64,000 nt of DNA. Source: Octopus bimaculoides. Taxonomy: Eukaryota. Positions 1 through 12,262 of the stretch are shown one piece after another (positions within the stretch are counted from its first letter, which is position 1; each line of letters begins with the position of its first letter). The stretch is taken from contig NC_068995.1 in the NCBI RefSeq assembly GCF_001194135.2, positions 55,117,601 to 55,181,600 on the forward strand. Direction: 5' to 3'. The notes under the pieces were generated by a model. That model did no database searches. It was given only the letters and a program-made list of their open reading frames with translations, and had not been told where the DNA came from. The translations under genes and the position numbers were made by a program.

Positions 1-30
1 ATATATATATATATATATATACATACATAG

Positions 31-180
31 TGGAAATAGCAGTCGATACAAATAAGATACTATTGTAAAGCTTTACTGCGTATATACTCGCAAAGACGTG
101 TGAGTGCAACAAACATGAAAAATATATACACGCAGTGAAGCTCTACAATAGCGTCGTATGTGTATCGGTTGCTATTTCCC
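31..180. repeat. Imperfect inverted repeat (MITE-like hairpin), arms about 55 bp
   Basis: ggaaatagcagtcgatacaaataagatactattgtaaagctttactgcgt pairs with acgcagtgaagctctacaatagcgtcgtatgtgtatcggttgctatttcc. Confidence 0.75.
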
Positions 181-496
181 GTAAATATTGATGCCTTGTA
201 CAACTAATCTGTATCTATATTTATACTTCTACCCTTATGGGGTTTATTTTACTAGAAAGTAATACATTTGTATTGCCTATATTTTGTCATTGAAATATAT
301 ATATATATGCATGTATATGTGTGTGTGTAGTGAGAGGATAAGGGGCGAATAGTTGGGCAAGTTTTTCATGTAATAACAGTAAGACTATTTGATAAATGTA
401 ACCGCATGCGACACAAACAAATAATTAAATAACAGGAAAAGCTGTGCCCAATGAATTGTAAGCCGAATACAAGAAGAAGAAATATAACAGACTTAC

Positions 497-536
497 GTTT
501 CAAGGGAAAGTTTTACCAGTGCAATGTGGAAAAAAA
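497..536 (-). CDS. Stop-containing exon, 40 nt, FFPHCTGKTFP*, homologous to 23311-23347 and 24593-24629
   Basis: tttcttacttcag|T TTT TTT CCA CAT TGC ACT GGT AAA ACT TTC CCT TGA AAC|GTAAGT. The flanking intron is also similar to the 23.2-23.4 kb region. Confidence 0.5.
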
Positions 537-996
537 CTGAAGTAAGAAACAGAATCCCGGAAGGATATCATACTTACTCAAAGTGCTTCTTTGAAATGTA
601 AAATCAGTAAACAGTTTAGATCACGCGTGATGTATAACCATACGTGAAGTTAGAGCGAGAAGTATAAAGTGAAAGAAAGATTTCAATGGAAAAGATGTCA
701 AAGTGCAAGTGAAGCATTTGAATAATGAAAGTGTACATGTTTAAGAAAGACATATATGTGTATATTTGTGATATATGGAGTAGGGGGAAATAAATATTCG
801 TACATGTCAAAATTCTTTATTTATTTAATTTCTAATGAACATAAATGGGATATACCAATACTACATTTGCATACACATACATGAACATGAGCATTTCTTG
901 ATTTGTTATATATATATATATATATNNNNNNNNNNNNNNNNNNNNNNNNNNNNNNNNNNNNNNNNNNNNNNNNNNNNNNNNNNNNTATATATATAG

Positions 997-1029
<33 letters not shown>

Positions 1030-1384
1030 TAGAAAGACAGACAGACACTCAGACAGACACACAGACACACAGACACACAAACACACAGATAGATAGATAG
1101 TACAAGTATTATGATCTTTTCTTTTAGTGGCTAACCCATTTGTATATTTAGGAATGCTCGGTGTATGATTGTGCAATTGTTTGAGTTGTATTGAATATCA
1201 TACGTTGGTATATCTTTTCATGCGGATATTATTTCTGGGTATGTATATAATTAGTCTTTGCAAATACTTATATAAAGCTTCCCAATGTGTTAGCCTTATT
1301 TATATTTCGATTAGTCCTCCTTCTACAAATTTGTCGTGAATTTTCTAAATAAGTGTAATGGTTACCCCACTATCACGTTAATTA

Positions 1385-1491
1385 TCCAATATAAGCTCGG
1401 GCCGACCAAAACCTCATGAGTGCATTTCGTAGACTGAAACTGAGAAAGCCGTCGTAAATATATTTGTGTGGGTGTGTGTGTGTGTGTGTGT

Positions 1492-1554
<63 letters not shown>

Positions 1555-1625
1555 CATTTGTGTACCAGTGTTTGTCCCCACCCCATCGCTTGACAAATGG
1601 TATTGGTGTGTCTACGTCCCCTAAC
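1385..1625 (+). mobile_element. SINE family 2, 5'-truncated, with internal microsatellite
   Basis: gggccgaccaaaacctcatgagtg...gtttgtccccaccccatcgcttgacaa...tacgtccc. Confidence 0.7.
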
Positions 1626-1699
1626 CTAGACCTTTTTTAAAACTGTGACAGAGAAAAGAAATGAAAGGACGTCACAATTTTAGGATTTACTAGATTATC

Positions 1700-1975
1700 C
1701 GGGACCCGTTGGGTCACCTGGAAAGTCTGAGTTTCCCAACTGGTACATATTTTAACGACCCTGAAAGGATGAAAAAAAAGGGAGCTATCGAGCGAAATCT
1801 TAAAATGCTGCAAAGTTGTTGTCCGCAATGCTAACGCATTTAAGACGGTGAGTTTGCAGAAACATTAGCAGACATTCAGTAGTCAAATTCCCCCCGAGGC
1901 CGACTTTGAATTCCATCCCCTTTCGAGGTCAATAAAGTAAACACAATTTGATTACTGGGATCGACGTAATCTAGT
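1700..1975. mobile_element. Two degenerate SINE family 1 fragments in opposite orientations
   Basis: gaaaggatgaaa on minus at about 1765, and ccgaggccgactttg...tttcgaggtcaataaa on plus at about 1895-1940. Confidence 0.55.
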
Positions 1976-2806
1976 TATACATTCCTCGAAGTTGCTTCCT
2001 AATGAAAGAATCTTGGAACCAATATTAATATGAAATATAAAAGATTTTCAGCGCTTTAACTTGCTATACCCATTACTAGCAATCTTGTGCTAGCACAGTT
2101 TCGCTGTAGTGTAACAGTGTTTCCATTCGTCATACATATTTCAGAGAAACGCGATAAACAATTTTCTAAATGAACTGGGATTGTTCATTGTAAATCCATA
2201 TCTAAATCACTTTATTTGAAAATATCTATATGATAGAAGATAAATTCACACATTGAAGACTACGGAATAATTTTAAGATTTTCTGCGATGTTTTCCGTTA
2301 GTATATATTGTGAAATGAAGTCTTCATGTCAGTTCATATACCTCCTGCATACGATATAAACAGGAATACATATATGCACCAAAGCATTATATGAGATATT
2401 CCCTCATGGTTAACCACCACAGTTTTTCTGTATTCCAACACAGTATCCAGTTGTAGCTGGTTATAAATATTACCATTTTCGTATTAATATTGCTTCTGGC
2501 ACTATTAATCTTCAGATAGATAGATATATGCACATATTTCTACATCTATCTATATCTATATCTATCAAACTCTCTTTATATATGATGAGTATACCTACAT
2601 GAATATAGAAATAGAGGTCATGTGTATTTGCTGTTTGATCATCGGTAGGATCAAAAGTCAAAGTACTCCTAACAGTGACGTATATATTTCATTTACGACA
2701 TACAGGGTTTAAAACTAACCTAGTGTAATTTTTATACCCAGGTAATACTACTGTCAAGCAAATATAGCACGCAATTATTGCTCGTCTCCGTTGTTGATTT
2801 GCTCAC

Positions 2807-2851
2807 TCGTATGTATAATATGTTGAAAAATGACATAGAAGTACTAACAAA
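2807..2851 (-). CDS. Possible gene A penultimate exon, 45 nt, phase 2-2, LLVLLCHFSTYYTY(D)
   Basis: gttcttcacttcttcag|TTTG...TACGA|GTGAGC. Length is 3n and the phase-2 frame is open. Confidence 0.45.
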
Positions 2852-3034
2852 CTGAAGAAGTGAAGAACACACACGTAGGAAATCGGTAAATCCCCATGAG
2901 TCACCGTCCAAAGGATCTTAACACTTTCACGGTCCTTTATATTGTGCATGTGTATGTGTGTGTGTGTGTGTGTGTGCGTGTGTGTGTGTAGCGCAACAAT
3001 AAGTACTAAGTTAAGTGAGTGAAACAAGTAAAAG

Positions 3035-3078
<44 letters not shown>

Positions 3079-3338
3079 GCTATGTCAGGTTTTTTTGCAC
3101 ACCACGTGCTGAGTTCAAATAACCCCTAGTTAACCAAAATCCCGTCAATTTATGTAAATAAAATAAGTACCACTTACTTGATGGGGTCGATTTGAACGAC
3201 TGAAATACTCCTGAATATGAGTATAAATGTTGTACCCGTTTCCAAGGCATGTCACGCGAGTGTGGCGGAATAGTGATACAACTGCTGGCATAACACAGCG
3301 GTGCTGAATGCTTTGTTTTATTAATATTTCCGTATTGA

Positions 3339-3549
3339 AAAGGCGGCGAGCTAGACGCAAACTTAGCACCCGGGCGAAACGCTTAGTGGTATTCCGTCTG
3401 CCTTTACGTTTTGATTTCTAATTCCCTCGACTTTGCCTTTCATCCTTTCGGATTCGATAAATTAAGTACCAGTTGCGTACTGAGGTCGATCTAATCGACT
3501 GGCCCTCTTCCCCCAAAATTCCGGCCTAGTGCCTAGGGTAGAAAAGAAT
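3339..3549 (+). mobile_element. SINE family 1, near full length
   Basis: aaggcggcgagct...ttagcac...gcctttcatcctttcgg..tcgataaattaagtaccagttgcgtactg...gtagaaaagaat. Recurs many times in the window. Confidence 0.85.
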
Positions 3550-4784
3550 ATCTCCGTATTGAAACATTATACTTTTGCAGCTACGATATACACTATCTAC
3601 ATGATTCCAGTCTGGGAACATTTCATATTATGGAATGTAGGGATATGTGAAGTGAGATGCTTGAATCTTTAGATCGTCAAATTAATGCCGTGCGATATTT
3701 GTTCCAGCGGCTCTTTACATTCTGATTTCAAGTTCCACCGATTTCGTCTTTACTTTTCATCTTTTCGAGGTCGTTAAAATGAATATCAGTGAAATTCTGT
3801 GTTTTATGGTATAGACTAAACACATCCCATTGATAATGCTGGTGTTCAACCTAAATCCGAAGTTTTTATTGTAGATATATAACCATTAAAGTTTTCATCT
3901 CTGAGGGTAACATAATTCGGAGGTGTTATTTTCCTATTCTAAATAATCTAATTCTTAAAGGAAAATGTTCAACAACGATTCTGCCACATCGATCAGGATT
4001 TTTGCAAACGCTTATCCCTTTCACAAACTTTAACACGATTTGCATTTTACCTGCATCTCAATGATATTAATTTTTTCATTATTAGGTGGTGAGTGGAGAG
4101 CTCTTCGAATTCAATACAAGAATTTCTAGAACGCTTTCGTTTTCAGTTTTCGTCCCATATTTCCTTATGATGAGAGCTTAGAATTATTTACCAAGTGTAT
4201 ACTATATTCCTTTTCACTCTTTTTTCTTTCAGTTTGCCAACTACTATTGCGTACATTCCCCCCCCCCCAAAAAAAAAAGCGATCTTCTATCTACAGGACA
4301 TCCTATCTGGAGTATTATCGTTTTCGTCGACTTTTTGTTACGTTAGAGAGGTTGATTTAATATTTAAAATCTTAGTTTTTATATATTCATTTTTAAATTA
4401 GTAATATTACATATTAGAATAGTTCTTTCTTATTGTAAATCTTTTGACAAAATATTATGAATATCCTGACTTCAAATGTTTTTTTGCTATTCTCGTATCT
4501 TTCAGTGAAGACACATTTGGCTCTTAAATTTAAAGCAGTTTACAAAACATGATGTCACAGGATTGACGCTGACATAATTGCATACGCTGTCGTAAATATA
4601 GTAACAAATGACACAATTTGAAAACCTGTAAGTATACTTTCAGTTGGAAAGTTCTTTTATTGCTTGATGTGATAACAAAAATGACGGAAGCAACATGTAA
4701 AAATTATACTTTAATGAAGCGTAAGAATTAAAACTTATGTTTAAATTATGTACATAATTTACATTATTTACATTATTTAACTTT

Positions 4785-4910
4785 CCTGTGTAGATGTAGA
4801 GACTCACACCTGATGAAGGCTGGAGGGTATATCAGCTGAAATGGTGTGTTAACAACAAACAAGATGAGGACAAGTATCCGTCAAATGTAAATAATGTAAA
4901 TAATGTAAGG
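4785..4910 (+). mobile_element. Penelope-like terminal fragment with hammerhead-ribozyme-like core
   Basis: CTGATGA at 4810-4816, GCTG/CAGC stem, GAAA at 4838-4841, GTC at 4880-4882. The tail is shared with 25447-25512. Confidence 0.55.
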
Positions 4911-6133
4911 GTGATGTTAGCTTAAAATTACCTAATTTATATATGAAATCAAAGGTTTATATTTAATTTGATATATAGAGATTTCAGATATAGAGAAAAG
5001 AGAAATTTTATTTCAAAAATTACATAAATCAAATTCGGATTAGAATTTCGTAATTTCATTATTTTAGTAAAATGTACATACAAGAAAGAAAGTGTAACTA
5101 ACAACTACTGTAAATGAGAACGTGGGGGATATTTTCACTATCGCACCTGAAAAATACAGCGGAAGAGTAAAATTGAATGTAAACAATTATAGAAATGCGT
5201 ATTTCAAAATAAAATTGAGCATCGCTTACTCATTTATCACATAATAATTCATGCAAAATTGTTGAAGGGAAAGTAACTGAAACTGAAATTATCTTTACTG
5301 ACATAATAATATTTATACAATTAAATGACAACTCCCGAGTTTAATGGTGTGACCAAATACACAGGTTGGATTTGTGTCCATATCCTGAGTAATACATGTA
5401 GTAACGAGATATTTAACAATGTGTACTTCAATTTGTTGTACGTATATTATGAGGAAAGATTTCATTTCTTAACTCTCTTGGAAGCGAATATTGGACAACA
5501 TAATGTAAACACATTATAACATAATTCATTTAAATAAATTTTTGATTTTTACATTTATCATTGCTTGAATAGGATGAGAAATTTGCTGAACATATTTGTA
5601 TTTAACGTGTTAGCAAAATGTGGAGAGGCATTTTATGAAAGTTTCAGCAAAAATTTAAAATCGACAATATCTTACACTTTTGGAATATGACATAGAGATA
5701 GATGACAGAATGGAGAAGTAAATAAGAATAAAAAACGCCAGTCCTGACGAAATTTAAAAGATTTTATCAAAAATATCTGTTGTTGTCTTCTGTAAGTTTG
5801 ATATCTCAGGATTTTAATTTTGGAATCAGAAAACATACTTTCGTGGTGTTTGCAGTCAAATAAAGTATGATTTGTTTTAGCGATAACATGATTCTACTGG
5901 TGTACTAAATAACAATTAAATGTGCATTTATGAAATAAAATTGAACAATATGTTATAGTTCGCTTCCATTTTGTGAGTTAGATGATTTTGTCTGCTTGTG
6001 TATAAAATGCAATAATGAAAATGTAATCAAAACTGCTATGCCTCACAAATATATATTTTTTTACGACATTTTCTATAAAAACATCAACCGATTGATGCAC
6101 GTAAAGGAATGGTTTCAAACAAATGCAACTAAC

Positions 6134-6192
6134 CAGTTTTTCCAGAGTCAAGATTTTGTTCGTTTAAGCTCTGGGATTTGATGTTACAGAAC
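6134..6192 (-). CDS. Possible gene A downstream exon, 59 nt, phase 2-1, (K)FCNIKSQSLNEQNLDSGKT
   Basis: Strong acceptor cattttcctatttcag|G and donor G|GTTAGT. Only the phase-2 start frame is open, but the exon is asymmetric. Confidence 0.35.
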
Positions 6193-6257
6193 CTGAAATA
6201 GGAAAATGATGAATATATGTATATCAATATATATGCGTGTGAGTTTGTGTGTGTGAG

Positions 6258-6309
<52 letters not shown>

Positions 6310-6923
6310 CCATCGAAATAAGAAAGCAACGAGAAATTTTAACACGTCTTTTTTGATTGGTTACAATTGTTTCTGTACCAACTCTGCTTTCAACGCAAAT
6401 TTCCGCAAAAGGTCTACGTAAGAATGTAGGTAATATATGCTGTTTTAAACATTACAGTGGCACTTCTTCAGACGTGCATCAGACTTGCACTCTTATAATG
6501 TGCGCCTGTTACATTTTGTATTTTGCTCCATATGCAGTTTTATGTATTATTTATTCAACATTGCATACGTTTTATTTGCTAATAGGAATTACTAAACAAT
6601 TTCTCGGATAAACGTGTGAGAAATTTCTTCTCAGAAATTTTTCAGACGAAGAGTCACGTAAAACAAAATTTACTGTTGGATAAAGCGTATGTTTATAGAT
6701 AATTTGCAAACAGGAACTGTATAGTTAGTGGGTAGAGCGAATAGGGAGAAACCTTGTTGCAATGAAAGGAAAGAGAGGGTGCGATTTCGGAAATAGAGTC
6801 CTTAATATACATTTACGCACATGTATAAATGTAGATACAAACACATCCTCATACATATGCACATATGCACAGATATGGACACACTGTCACACCATCACAC
6901 ATATCATATATATATATATATAC

Positions 6924-7019
<96 letters not shown>

Positions 7020-8121
7020 ATAGAAAGAGAGAGACGAAAATATTTATTTTGGCAAATTAAATTTAAATGATGAATTGATTCTAACTGCTTTTGTGTGTCT
7101 TTAAATGGCTTATAAACACCTTCCACGCTGCAATTGTTTTTCTTTCGACACACGATCTCAGATCAGGTCACTTGCTATGCAGGTACATCTCCGTATTATA
7201 TATATATATTATTTTACGTATATAATTATGTCAAATACCTACATGTCAAACACATACAAACACACATATATTCTTGACGCTGTGTCTTAACTTTCTGAGT
7301 GCCTTTCATCATCTCGGAGTCGAAAAAAGGAGATGTTATCAACTTATCCCTTTCCAGACGTTACAACCAATAGCTCAAAGTACATGTAAACTTCTGAATT
7401 TTCATGAGAGTGAATGGCAAAGAAGAAATAATAATTCATTTTGTATAAGATGACCGGTTCTCATATCTTACTTTTGCAGTATTAATGGGTTGTCAAAAGG
7501 ATTTTAAATTTCATTGATATTGCAAAACACATTTCTTTATATTTAGAGTAGTTATTCTCATTATTATTTGGAATCTTAGTCTATATTATTAGTAACGAAA
7601 CGAAAATGTTAGACTTGTTTAATATATAGCTTGCTTCCGATATTGGTGCTTGGTAAAAGGTTTCTTTCAGTGAAATCCAGCATCGTATAATGCTTTATTA
7701 GTGGGATAATTATGTACTTATGCAAACTATATGTCGTAATTTGCGTGTATTTTAAATATATGATACCAGCATTCAAAAGTTGCCGAAAACCAAAATATGG
7801 CTAATAACTATAAGAAATTGGACGTGTACGTTGGTATCCAAGTACAGGAAAGAAAATGTAGACAAAGGATAGAGTACGTACACTATTATATAATCCGCTC
7901 AAATTGCGCTTTTATATAAATGTATTCACTAAAAATAGGCCCACGTACGACTATACGTATATGTATGTGCGCGTGTGCGTACATACATTAGTTCCTCCAC
8001 AGAATTTGATGAACATGAAAAGTATCGAAATCCATCTATATATCTGTGTATTTATGTTACACTTATATGGAACTATTATTTATCATTATGATTAAAATGT
8101 GAAATAAATAGTTAAACTCAC

Positions 8122-8214
8122 TTGTGCTCGTCAGCGGTCATTTTCTTATTGTTGGCCAAACATTTCAGCTTATATTGCTGGAAGTCTTCAATCACAAACT
8201 TGAAAGATCTCAAA
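8122..8214 (-). CDS. Gene A exon 7, 93 nt, phase 2-2, LRSFKFVIEDFQQYKLKCLANNKKMTADEH(K/N)
   Basis: ttccttcgtttcttgtttcaag|TTTGAG...GAGCACAA|GTGAGT. Only the phase-2 frame is open. Confidence 0.75.
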
Positions 8215-9457
8215 CTTGAAACAAGAAACGAAGGAAATGTAATATTTTAGCTAATCACGGGAGAAAAAGATGTCTGGATTTATGTTTGAAAACTTTGGAT
8301 AAACAACATTTTATAAGCACCAAAATAAAGCATAAGATGTGGCAACATTTATTGAAATGTAACATTTAAAAAATATTTTCTGCGGTTTCATTCTTTTCCA
8401 TATGTTCTATGTTTTATTTATTTTTTCGAACGAGTACAGGTCTTAAAGTATAGTTTCTGTATCTATTGAATACAATATAACATTATTTATAGCTTATAAT
8501 TTTTTCATCATTCTATTCTCTTTCTCATCTTAACTTTCACTTCTACTCTCCCTATTTCAAATAAGCTTGGAAGTTTCTGCAGTGTCAATCAACGTAATAT
8601 ATTTTTCAGGATAATGAATCACACCACATATATCTGGCTCAAAAACACATGTATAGGTTGTATGGCGTGCTTCCAAATTTTCTAAAGCATAAGAAAAAAT
8701 GTGCAGATGGAATATTGAGGTTTGAGATGATTTTAGAAGATATACAAAAAATTCGAAATGAAATGTTTCAAGAAATGGCCGTAAAACTTTCTCTTCATAT
8801 TCTCCGCTTTCTAAATCATTTATGCAAGCACGTGATAATTCACATGGTGTGAATTTGGAGAGCAATCTGTTCCTTGATTTTCATGCTCAGTTTATGGATT
8901 TGATTAATTCGTTGAAACATTTGCATCAGTAGAATTCATTAGATGTAATATTTATAGACATATGGTTTCCTAGTAAATTTGATTATCAAAAGACAAGACA
9001 AATTTGAACGTGTTTTGTTCTTTTTCTCTATATAGGAAGAAGAGGAAATGCGGAACACTTTAAAGTATAAAATATTCATACAAGTTCCAAATGTTGAATT
9101 ATCATTATTTTTATTAACTTCTTTAGTACCGTTAAACTGTAATAGATACTATGGGATGTGACTGATATCTATTCGTTACATTAAGATATAGATGTATACT
9201 TACAAACGCCGGTCTCCTAGGAGAACAACAGTGATCTTATCCTTTGTGACCTTCATACTAAAATGGAAAGTTTGGAAATAATACTGCTATTCATTTTTAT
9301 TGGTACAAAATACAATTACCATCGAAGTCTAGTTTTTGATTAGTGCGCGACATAAGACAGTGTATACATAATCTCATATTCGAATTAAAATTATGAAAAT
9401 AGAATTAAATGAAAATGTCTGTACATGTTTGCATGTGTGAGTGAATATGTATGACAA

Positions 9458-9508
<51 letters not shown>

Positions 9509-9694
9509 AGGAGAGAGAAATACAGAGGTACACACAGAGGCATTTCTGCTGGTTCGCATGATATTCTTATGGAATAGAAAATGTGTAGCAAAGAAATTTT
9601 CCCTAATATCAGTTTGCCTGAATCAAATAAGACTTTTTCTCTTTTACTTTTTACTGCATTCAAATATAAACTAATAGGGGAAAAGACATACGTA

Positions 9695-9795
9695 TATATA
9701 TGTATGTATCTATGTATGATATATATGTTTATATGATATATATATATATATCATATAAACATATATATCATACATAGATACATACATATATATAT
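9695..9795. repeat. AT-rich palindrome
   Basis: atatgtatgtatctatgtatgatatatatgtttatatga(TA)n tcatataaacatatatatcatacatagatacatacatat. Confidence 0.85.
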
Positions 9796-9829
9796 ATGCA
9801 TGTCATTTCCCCTATTATGTATATATATA

Positions 9830-10241
9830 ATCATAAATATACAGGGATTAGCATTGAGTTGCTTCTCCAACATACTGAAAATTTAGAAATAGCAGTCAAA
9901 GAACTACTGCTTCTAAACTACAAATTTTTCTCTAAACGGATGGCGATATTTATGGCACACATAGAACAAAAAACCGGAGGGAAAAGCATAAACAAAACAA
10001 GTCTTTAGTTAATTGGATACAAATCGTTTCATGGTTAAGCGAAAAGCTTCGTATCCAATTAACTAAAGACTTGTTTTGTTTATGCTTTTCCCTCCGGTTT
10101 TTTGTTCTATGTGTGCCATAAATATCGCCATCCGTTTAGAGAAAAATTTGTAGTTTAGAATCAGTAGTTCTTTGACTGCTATTTCTAAATTTTCAGTATG
10201 TTGGAGAAGCAACTCAATGCTAATCCCTGTATATTTATGAT
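9830..10241. repeat. Near-perfect palindrome, 191-bp arms and a 30-bp loop
   Basis: 9830-10020 is the reverse complement of 10051-10241. I saw one mismatch. Confidence 0.9.
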
Positions 10242-10715
10242 GATAAATGGTTTTACCGATAAAGGTTTTTTCATACTGAACTACTTGGCAAAATTGCTAA
10301 TTATTAATTGACGATTCCCTGCCCTTATTCTTGGATATTATGTATATATACATGCATACATATATGTATATATATATATATATATATATACATGTACACA
10401 CAAACATACGCACTCACACTAATACACACACACGCGCATATATATTTAATCTCGATTTATACATGTAGATCCGTGCCCAGTAAACAGAAACGTTCAGGAA
10501 ACGGGCAGCTCGTTGTTACAATATTTGCTTGTATTAACACTTACAGAAGCACACTTACATAATGCCACACATACGCGTGTGTACATGTGTGTTGTAACAA
10601 GGATAAATACATGCGTATATGTACTAATAATTATAAACTACAAGCCACAAGATAACAGAAGATGAATATTGAAGTTAACAAATGAATTAATAAGGGATAT
10701 CAAAAAAGAACTTAC

Positions 10716-10742
10716 TCCTCCCAATCATTGACATTTGGTAAT
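10716..10742 (-). CDS. Gene A exon 6, 27 nt, phase 2-2, LPNVNDWE(D)
   Basis: tttcctttgattttcag|A TTA CCA AAT GTC AAT GAT TGG GAG GA|GTAAGT. Confidence 0.75.
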
Positions 10743-10815
10743 CTGAAAATCAAAGGAAATACATTTGTTACTTGCAAATGTTGTAAAATTTTATAACTTT
10801 TGGATGGGGCAAAAA

Positions 10816-10939
10816 AAAAGTGTTTGAATTTTGTAGAATATAAATAGCTACAAATTAAAAAGTGTTTGAATTTTGTAGAATATAAATAGCTACAAATTAA
10901 AAAGTGTTTGAATTTTGTAGAATATAAATAGCTACAAAT
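10816..10939. repeat. 42-bp tandem repeat, 3 copies
   Basis: Unit aaaaagtgtttgaattttgtagaatataaatagctacaaatt. Confidence 0.9.
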
Positions 10940-11465
10940 AGAATCACACAAGACATACATAAAAATGACCATACGTGACATAATTATGAAGAACAGTAAA
11001 GTTATTTGTCGAGTATTCAAACATTGTTCATGATGCAAGGAAAAGCAATGTAAAAGTCGAGCTCAGAATACTGAGGGTATTTAACCTAAAATATATTGCA
11101 GTACCAAACATATAGATATAGCATATTGATGAAAACAAATAAAAGAAACTCAAAATGTTAAGGAAGTGTGATTTCGTGTCTCGTGGCTGGCCGCCTACAC
11201 TTTTTTCTGCAAAATAGGGGTAGTTTATCCTTTTCGGGCTATATTATTAGCATTATCCTGCGTTTGAGAATTTAAAAATCACTTCTTTAACTACATAATT
11301 TAGTCTTATTTTAAAATAAGCTAATATGATAACCATTTCAAATTAATAATATTTTATGACGTATATTTTTCGTATGAGAAACAATTTGTATCAATAAAAA
11401 TTAAATGTTACTGGAAATATCAATATCCACCCGGCTAGCCTGAGTATTAAACGTCCGTATTAAAC

Positions 11466-11552
11466 GTAGGACACACAAATAGAGCAATAGTAGGACACAC
11501 ACATAGAGCGGGAGTAGGACACACACATAGTGCAGGAGTAGGACACACACAC
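11466..11552. repeat. 24-bp minisatellite, about 3.6 copies
   Basis: gtaggacacacac/aatag... starting at 11466, 11490, 11514 and 11538. Confidence 0.9.
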
Positions 11553-11580
11553 TTAACAGCAATTGATATTATATACTTAC

Positions 11581-11613
11581 TCAGTTGTGCTGCTGCCGCC
11601 ATCTTTATTACTG
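11581..11613 (-). CDS. Gene A exon 5, 33 nt (30 nt with the second CAG acceptor), phase 2-2, SNKDGGSSTT(E)
   Basis: gttttcctttacattcag|CAG|T AAT AAA GAT GGC GGC AGC AGC ACA ACT GA|GTAAGT. Confidence 0.75.
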
Positions 11614-12262
11614 CTGAATGTAAAGGAAAACGTAACAGTTAAATTTATTAACATAATTAATTAAATTTAAATATAACCAATTAGGAATATATTAACCCCA
11701 TTTATATCAATTTTAAGATTTACTTAACAGAATTTATATATATAGAGGCATGTTTGTATATGAACTTGAAGCTTGTACATTGTTATGATATCCAATGTGG
11801 TGTTGTGCTGAGTTGGATATCATTATCATATCAAGGGTGGTTCTAAGACAATGAAACACATGTCTATAATTATGGAAATGACAGGTGTTTCATTCTTAAT
11901 CCGTAAACTATATTTAAATTTAATTATACTGTAAGATCAGATTTTTTTCCGTTGCGATATCATGTTACTGATTGGTGTATATTTGATATTTGTCATTGGG
12001 TAAGCAATAGACACATCAGTTGATTGCGGATTATAATATTACAGTAACTATTGTATACGAATATACATATTTATATGTATGCATATATAACCGCATCTTA
12101 ATGGGAGATGTAGATATCAATCACTTGTCGCACACTGCCTATGAACATAGAATTCGCTAAGTTTCTATCACGCTGGAACATAAGTCTTGATCAGGTGTTT
12201 GCACAACGGAGAAAATATCACAGTCATCGATTATTTCGGATAATTCAGGTTTCAATACTTAC

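Noticed and set aside
537-600. GA|GTAAGT donor at 577
   Set aside because: It would leave a 41-nt intron and has no matching in-phase acceptor.
3178-3210. 33-nt phase-2-compatible segment (approximate coordinates)
   Set aside because: It lies in degenerate SINE sequence and is probably chance.
11581-11605. AAGATGGCGGC read as a start codon (MAAAAQL)
   Set aside because: It gives a phase-1 end that hits a stop in downstream exons. A strong acceptor lies just upstream, and the phase-2 reading fits the chain.
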